From contig NZ_RAWE01000122.1 in assembly GCF_003611695.1 (NCBI RefSeq), positions 1-28,986 on the forward strand: a stretch of 28,986 nt of DNA, read 5' to 3'. The position numbers and the translations under genes were made by a program. The notes beneath the pieces are model-generated. The model was not told the origin of the DNA. It searched no databases and worked only from the letters and a program-made list of their open reading frames with translations. Source of the stretch: Corallococcus carmarthensis (GTDB lineage: Bacteria > Myxococcota > Myxococcia > Myxococcales > Myxococcaceae). Positions within the stretch are counted from its first letter, which is position 1; every line of letters starts with the position of its first letter. Positions 25,613 through 28,986 of this stretch are shown one piece after another.

Positions 25613-26596
25613 ATGACCGCCGCGAACCGCACGACGCAACTCGGCAGGACGGGCCCGCGGGTGTTTCCCATTGCCCTGGGTTGTATGAGCATGTCCGGAG
25701 CGTACGGACCGTCTGACGAGAGCGAGAGCATCGCGACCCTCCGCGAGGCCATCGATCGCGGCGTGACGCTGATCGATACCGCCGACTTCTACGCCAGCGG
25801 ACACAACGAGCTGCTCATTCGCCGCGCGATCGAAGGCCAACGCGACAAGGTGCGGCTCTCGGTGAAGTTCGGGGCCATGCGTGGACCAGACGGCGTCCCC
25901 GTGGGTTTCGACGGGCGCCCCGCGGCGGTGAAGAACTTCGTCACGTACAGCTTGCAGCGGCTCGGCGTTGACCACATCGACGTCTACCGCCCCGCCCGGC
26001 TGGACCCCCATGTGCCGATTGAAGACACGGTGGGCGCGATCGCCGAACTGGTGAAGGGCGGCTACGTGCGGAACATCGGGCTCTCGGAGGTGGGCGCCGA
26101 GACGATCCGCCGCGCGGCGAAGGTGCACCCCTTGAGCGACCTGCAGATCGAGTACTCCCTCATCACGCGCGAGCCGGAGAAGACCCTCTTCCCCACCCTC
26201 GCCGAGCTCGGCATGAGCGCGACCCTGTACGGCGTGCTCTCCCGCGGACTGTTGACGGGAGCGAAGGTTGAAGGTGCCCGCCTGCACTACCCTCGCTTCA
26301 GTGGAGAGGCGGGCCAGCGCAACGCAGCGGCCGTCGCGCGCTTCCACGCGTACGCCGCGGAGCGTGGGATGACGCCTGCGCAGCTCTCCGTGGCGTGGGT
26401 GCTGGCGAAGCAACCGGCGTTCGTCCCTGTGGTCGGCGCGCGCACGCGCAAGCAATTGCTCGACGTGCTCGGCGCACTCGAGAAGCCCCTGTCGTCCAGC
26501 GATGTGGCCGCTGTCGAGGCGCTCCTCCCGAAGGAGGCGATTGCCGGCAGCCGCTACCCCGAACAGCAGATGAAGCTGCTCGACAGCGAGCGCTGA
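25613..26596 (+). CDS. Aldo/keto reductase (Tas/AKR11-13-like NADPH-dependent oxidoreductase)
   Basis: AKR motifs include IALGCMSMSGAYG, LIDTADFYASGHNE and the DHIDVYRPARLDPHVPIEDTV pattern. The protein is 327 aa and lies divergent from the TetR gene. Confidence 0.9.
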   Translation: MTAANRTTQLGRTGPRVFPIALGCMSMSGAYGPSDESESIATLREAIDRGVTLIDTADFYASGHNELLIRRAIEGQRDKVRLSVKFGAMRGPDGVPVGFDGRPAAVKNFVTYSLQRLGVDHIDVYRPARLDPHVPIEDTVGAIAELVKGGYVRNIGLSEVGAETIRRAAKVHPLSDLQIEYSLITREPEKTLFPTLAELGMSATLYGVLSRGLLTGAKVEGARLHYPRFSGEAGQRNAAAVARFHAYAAERGMTPAQLSVAWVLAKQPAFVPVVGARTRKQLLDVLGALEKPLSSSDVAAVEALLPKEAIAGSRYPEQQMKLLDSER

Positions 26597-26646
26597 GCCT
26601 GAATCCAGGCGATGGCTCCACCCGGAGGGGCTGTTAGAAGGACCGC

Positions 26647-27732
26647 ATGTCCTCGACCTTCCTCGACACCCTCGACACGCCCGCGCCCATCGTGGACCTG
26701 GACCGCGTCGAACGGAACCTCCAGCGCGTCGCGGCCTACGCCCGCGAGCACGGGCTGCGCCTTCGCCCCCATACGAAGACCCACAAGACGGTGGAGCTGG
26801 GCGCGATGCAGGTCGCGGCGGGAGCCTCCGGCGTCACGGTGGCCACCGTCCTGGAAGCCGAGGTCATGGCGTCCGTGTCCGACGACGTGCTGCTCGCGTA
26901 CCCGCCGGTGGGCGCGCACAAGCTGGCGCGGCTGATGGCCCTGCCCTCGCGCGTGCGGCTCACCGTGGCGCTCGATTCCCAGGAAGTGCTGGAGGGCCTG
27001 GCGCGCGCGGCCCGGGACGCGGGACGCACCGTGGGCGTGCTGGTGGAGGTGGACCTGGGCATGCGCCGCGTGGGGCTTCGCACGCCGGAGGAAGCCGTGG
27101 CCCTGGCGCGCAAGGCCGCGTCCACGGAGGGCGTGGCCTTTCGCGGAGTGACGTTCTACGCGGGCCACATCCGCGTCCCCCAGGCGGAGCTGCCCGCCGC
27201 GATGCATGCCCAATCCGAAGCGCTGGCGACGTTCGTGGGCGCCCTGAACAGCGCGGGCCTGCCGCCGGAAGTGGTCAGCGGCGGCTCCACGCCGACCCTC
27301 TGGCAATCCCATACCGTGAAGGGCCTCACGGAGATCCGCCCCGGCCTCAACGTGCTGAACGACCACAACGCGGCGGTTATCGGCGCGTGTGATTGGACGG
27401 AGTGCGCCTATTCGGTGCTGGCCACGGTCGTGAGCACCGCCGTGCCGGGACAGGTGGTCATCGACGCGGGAGCCAAGGCGCTGGTGAAGGAGGAAGGGCT
27501 GGCACCGGGGTATGGCGTCCTGCTGGACCGGCCGGAGGTCGTTGTGAAGAACCTGTCGGAGGAGCACGGCCTGCTGGACGTGTCCGGTACGACGTGGCGC
27601 CCGCGCATCGGTGAGCGTGTGCGCGTGGTGCCCAACCATGTCTGTGTTTCCGTCCCACAGCATCCCCGGCTGTATGTCGTGCGCGGGGACACGGGCGTGG
27701 CGACGTGGGAGGTCGCCGCGCGCGGCTGGTGA
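26647..27732 (+). CDS. Fold-type-III PLP enzyme of the D-serine dehydratase (DSD1) / low-specificity D-threonine aldolase family (alanine-racemase-like N-domain)
   Basis: RLRPHTKTHKTVELG is the PLP-lysine motif RPHxKTHK of this family. The protein is 361 aa. The C-terminal beta-domain contains HGLLD...RVVPNHVC. Confidence 0.85.
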   Translation: MSSTFLDTLDTPAPIVDLDRVERNLQRVAAYAREHGLRLRPHTKTHKTVELGAMQVAAGASGVTVATVLEAEVMASVSDDVLLAYPPVGAHKLARLMALPSRVRLTVALDSQEVLEGLARAARDAGRTVGVLVEVDLGMRRVGLRTPEEAVALARKAASTEGVAFRGVTFYAGHIRVPQAELPAAMHAQSEALATFVGALNSAGLPPEVVSGGSTPTLWQSHTVKGLTEIRPGLNVLNDHNAAVIGACDWTECAYSVLATVVSTAVPGQVVIDAGAKALVKEEGLAPGYGVLLDRPEVVVKNLSEEHGLLDVSGTTWRPRIGERVRVVPNHVCVSVPQHPRLYVVRGDTGVATWEVAARGW

Positions 27733-27741
27733 GCCACGGCG

Positions 27742-28737
27742 TCAGACGATGCGCTGCAGCTCCTGCGTCAGCATCTCCTCCAGGTGCCGGATGTTCCGGT
27801 AGACGAGGCACCGGTAGCTGGACACATCGAAGCGCAGCTCCCGCACGTCCCGCACCAGCATCAGGGTGGGCTTGCCGCGTCCCCAGGCATAGCCCACCTC
27901 CAGATAGACATTGGGGTTCGCCAATGACAGGTCCGCGATGACGACCTTCGCGGTGTCGATGCGGTCCCGGATGCGCTGGATGATGGGCCCGTCGAAGACG
28001 GCCTGGTCGACGCGCTCGCACAGGAGCCCGGCTGCCTTCACGGGGTTCAGGATGCCGTAGTGGTAGGTGTCCTCCAGCTCCGGCGCGAAGGGCATCGCCA
28101 CGAAGGCGTGGGGCTTCTCGTTCGAGTTCGCGCCCGCGGACGCCATGGGCGGCGCCTGGACGAAGCGGGACGTCCGCCGCACGCGGAAGCCCGTGGCCCC
28201 CATCAGCGGCTCCACGCCCGGCGTCAGCCCCAATCCCAGCGCCATGGCCTTGCGCAGCCGCTCCACGCGCTTGGGGTTCAGCTCCACCACCGTGATGCGC
28301 GTCAGGTCGCGCGGACCGCTGCCCCGCTGGAACGCGTCCACGAAGCCACCCACCAGGGCCAGCACGGCCTCGTCCTCGTCCAGCCCGTAGTTGGGGCCGT
28401 GCACGGTGCACGCGAGGTGCCGCACCTCGTGCCGGGGCTCCAGCAGTTGGAGCGCGCGGACGGAGAACTGGCGGATCTCGTGGTAGCCGAACTGCCGCAG
28501 CCGCACCGTGCCCAGGAAGAGCACCAGGGGGGCGCCCAGGCTCCGGCGCGTGTCGATGAAGCGGTGGTCCCCGGGGAGCAGGTCGAAGGCGTCCATGGCG
28601 ACGCCCGCCGACTCCAGCCGGCGCGCCACCGCGCCGTCCGCCCCGTGGAAGCCCTGCGCGTACTTCAGCAGCACGGCATCCGCGGCCGTCTCCCCCACGT
28701 CCCCCAGGTCCACCACGACGTCCAGCGTGTCTCCCAT
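27742..28737 (-). CDS. Two-domain protein: N-terminal macro-like (ADP-ribose binding/processing) domain and C-terminal nucleoside-2-deoxyribosyltransferase / SLOG-like domain
   Basis: The N-terminal VVVDLGDVGETAADAVLLKYAQGFHGADGAVARRL fits the macro pattern GDI(T)...DAIVNAAN..L.GGGV.GAI. HEVRHLACTVHGPNYGLDEDEAV fits the macro SIAFPaIsTGvyG.P pattern. The C-terminal HAFVAMPF...Y...ADLSLANPNVYLEVGYAWGRGKPTLML fits the Nuc_deoxyrib_tr/SLOG pattern (D.s..npn..fElGya.a.gKp). The start is set at ATG 28737, whereas the ORF track uses TTG 28839. Confidence 0.55.
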   Translation of the reverse strand: MGDTLDVVVDLGDVGETAADAVLLKYAQGFHGADGAVARRLESAGVAMDAFDLLPGDHRFIDTRRSLGAPLVLFLGTVRLRQFGYHEIRQFSVRALQLLEPRHEVRHLACTVHGPNYGLDEDEAVLALVGGFVDAFQRGSGPRDLTRITVVELNPKRVERLRKAMALGLGLTPGVEPLMGATGFRVRRTSRFVQAPPMASAGANSNEKPHAFVAMPFAPELEDTYHYGILNPVKAAGLLCERVDQAVFDGPIIQRIRDRIDTAKVVIADLSLANPNVYLEVGYAWGRGKPTLMLVRDVRELRFDVSSYRCLVYRNIRHLEEMLTQELQRIV

Positions 28738-28900
28738 GGGCCCGGGACTGTAGGGCGTCCCGGTCCGCCCACGCCATCCCCGAGCGCCTCGGCGCCCCGC
28801 GTCAGGAGGCCAAAACACAGACGTGGCGGAGGCCGTCAATCCCTGCTCAAGGAGGCCTCCTGCCTGCCCGGCTGTCTTTCAGGCCGCCCTCCCCTTCCCT

Positions 28901-28914
28901 GTGAAGCGCTTCAC
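28901..28914. promoter_or_regulatory. Perfect 14-bp palindrome GTGAAGCGCTTCAC in the divergent promoter region
   Basis: It lies between the macro-domain gene (-) and the partial gene starting at 28951 (+). A nearby 12-bp palindrome aggaggcctcct lies at 28850-28861. Confidence 0.4.
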
Positions 28915-28950
28915 AGTCTCCGTGCGGGCGGCTCGGTAGCATTTCGCCCC

Positions 28951-28986
28951 ATGTCCCTTTACGCGCGCCTGCAGGCCCTGCTGTCC
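28951..28986 (+). CDS. 5' end of an unidentified CDS running off the window
   Basis: ATG 28951 opens MSLYARLQALLS...; only 12 codons are visible. Confidence 0.3.
   Translation, partial: MSLYARLQALLS

Noticed and set aside
25520-26455. 311-aa minus-strand ORF antisense to the AKR gene, and 26554..27663 (-) antisense to the PLP enzyme gene
   Set aside because: No motifs; antisense to strongly supported genes.
27458-28777. 439-aa minus-strand ORF overlapping the macro/NDT-like gene in another frame
   Set aside because: It is extremely Arg/Gly/Pro/Ala-rich with no structure. The 27742..28737 frame has recognisable domain motifs.

Overview
The window is a high-GC (about 68-70%) chromosomal segment that looks myxobacterial (Myxococcales). 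The supporting signs are a MYXO-CTERM-like C-terminal sorting tail, lipoproteins with TDAGT linker repeats, and GC3-saturated coding. I call about 30 protein-coding genes; I find no rRNA, tRNA, CRISPR array or obvious transposase. Ordinary content, by gene: (1) an aromatic amino-acid (phenylalanine) hydroxylase homolog with a roughly 230-aa C-terminal extension; (2) a LysR-regulated SDR/aldo-keto-reductase/NmrA-like oxidoreductase cluster; (3) two tandemly duplicated secreted GDSL esterases; (4) a PBP4 (S13) D-Ala-D-Ala carboxypeptidase and a secreted prolyl oligopeptidase; (5) a TetR regulator divergent from a second aldo-keto reductase and a fold-type-III PLP enzyme (D-serine dehydratase / D-threonine aldolase-like). 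The most unusual content is a clear bacterial homolog of the eukaryotic major vault protein (MVP, 7525-9801, minus strand). It is conserved from the N-terminal MVP repeats through the shoulder domain to the C-terminal cap helix, and sits upstream of, and apparently co-transcribed with, a TDAGT-repeat lipoprotein and a MYXO-CTERM-tailed HExxH metalloprotease-like protein. Other candidates for undescribed biology are: (a) a 62-nt structured element present in two near-identical copies (about 9886-9947 and 17240-17301), each upstream of a lower-GC gene for a putative secreted toxin-like protein; (b) a lipoprotein with a C-terminal PD-(D/E)xK-like domain, overlapped by a downstream putative immunity gene in a low-GC islet; (c) a Cys-rich secreted protein with a phospholipase-A2-like HD-x-x-Y C-terminal domain; (d) a protein without a signal peptide that fuses LysM, a muramidase-like middle domain, tandem repeats and a C39-like peptidase; (e) a macro-domain fused to a nucleoside-2-deoxyribosyltransferase/SLOG-like domain; (f) an RdgC homolog split over two overlapping ORFs. 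Most of the other ORFs in the supplied track are opposite-strand or off-frame shadows expected in GC-rich DNA. Motif coordinates outside the ORF track are accurate to about +/-2 nt.
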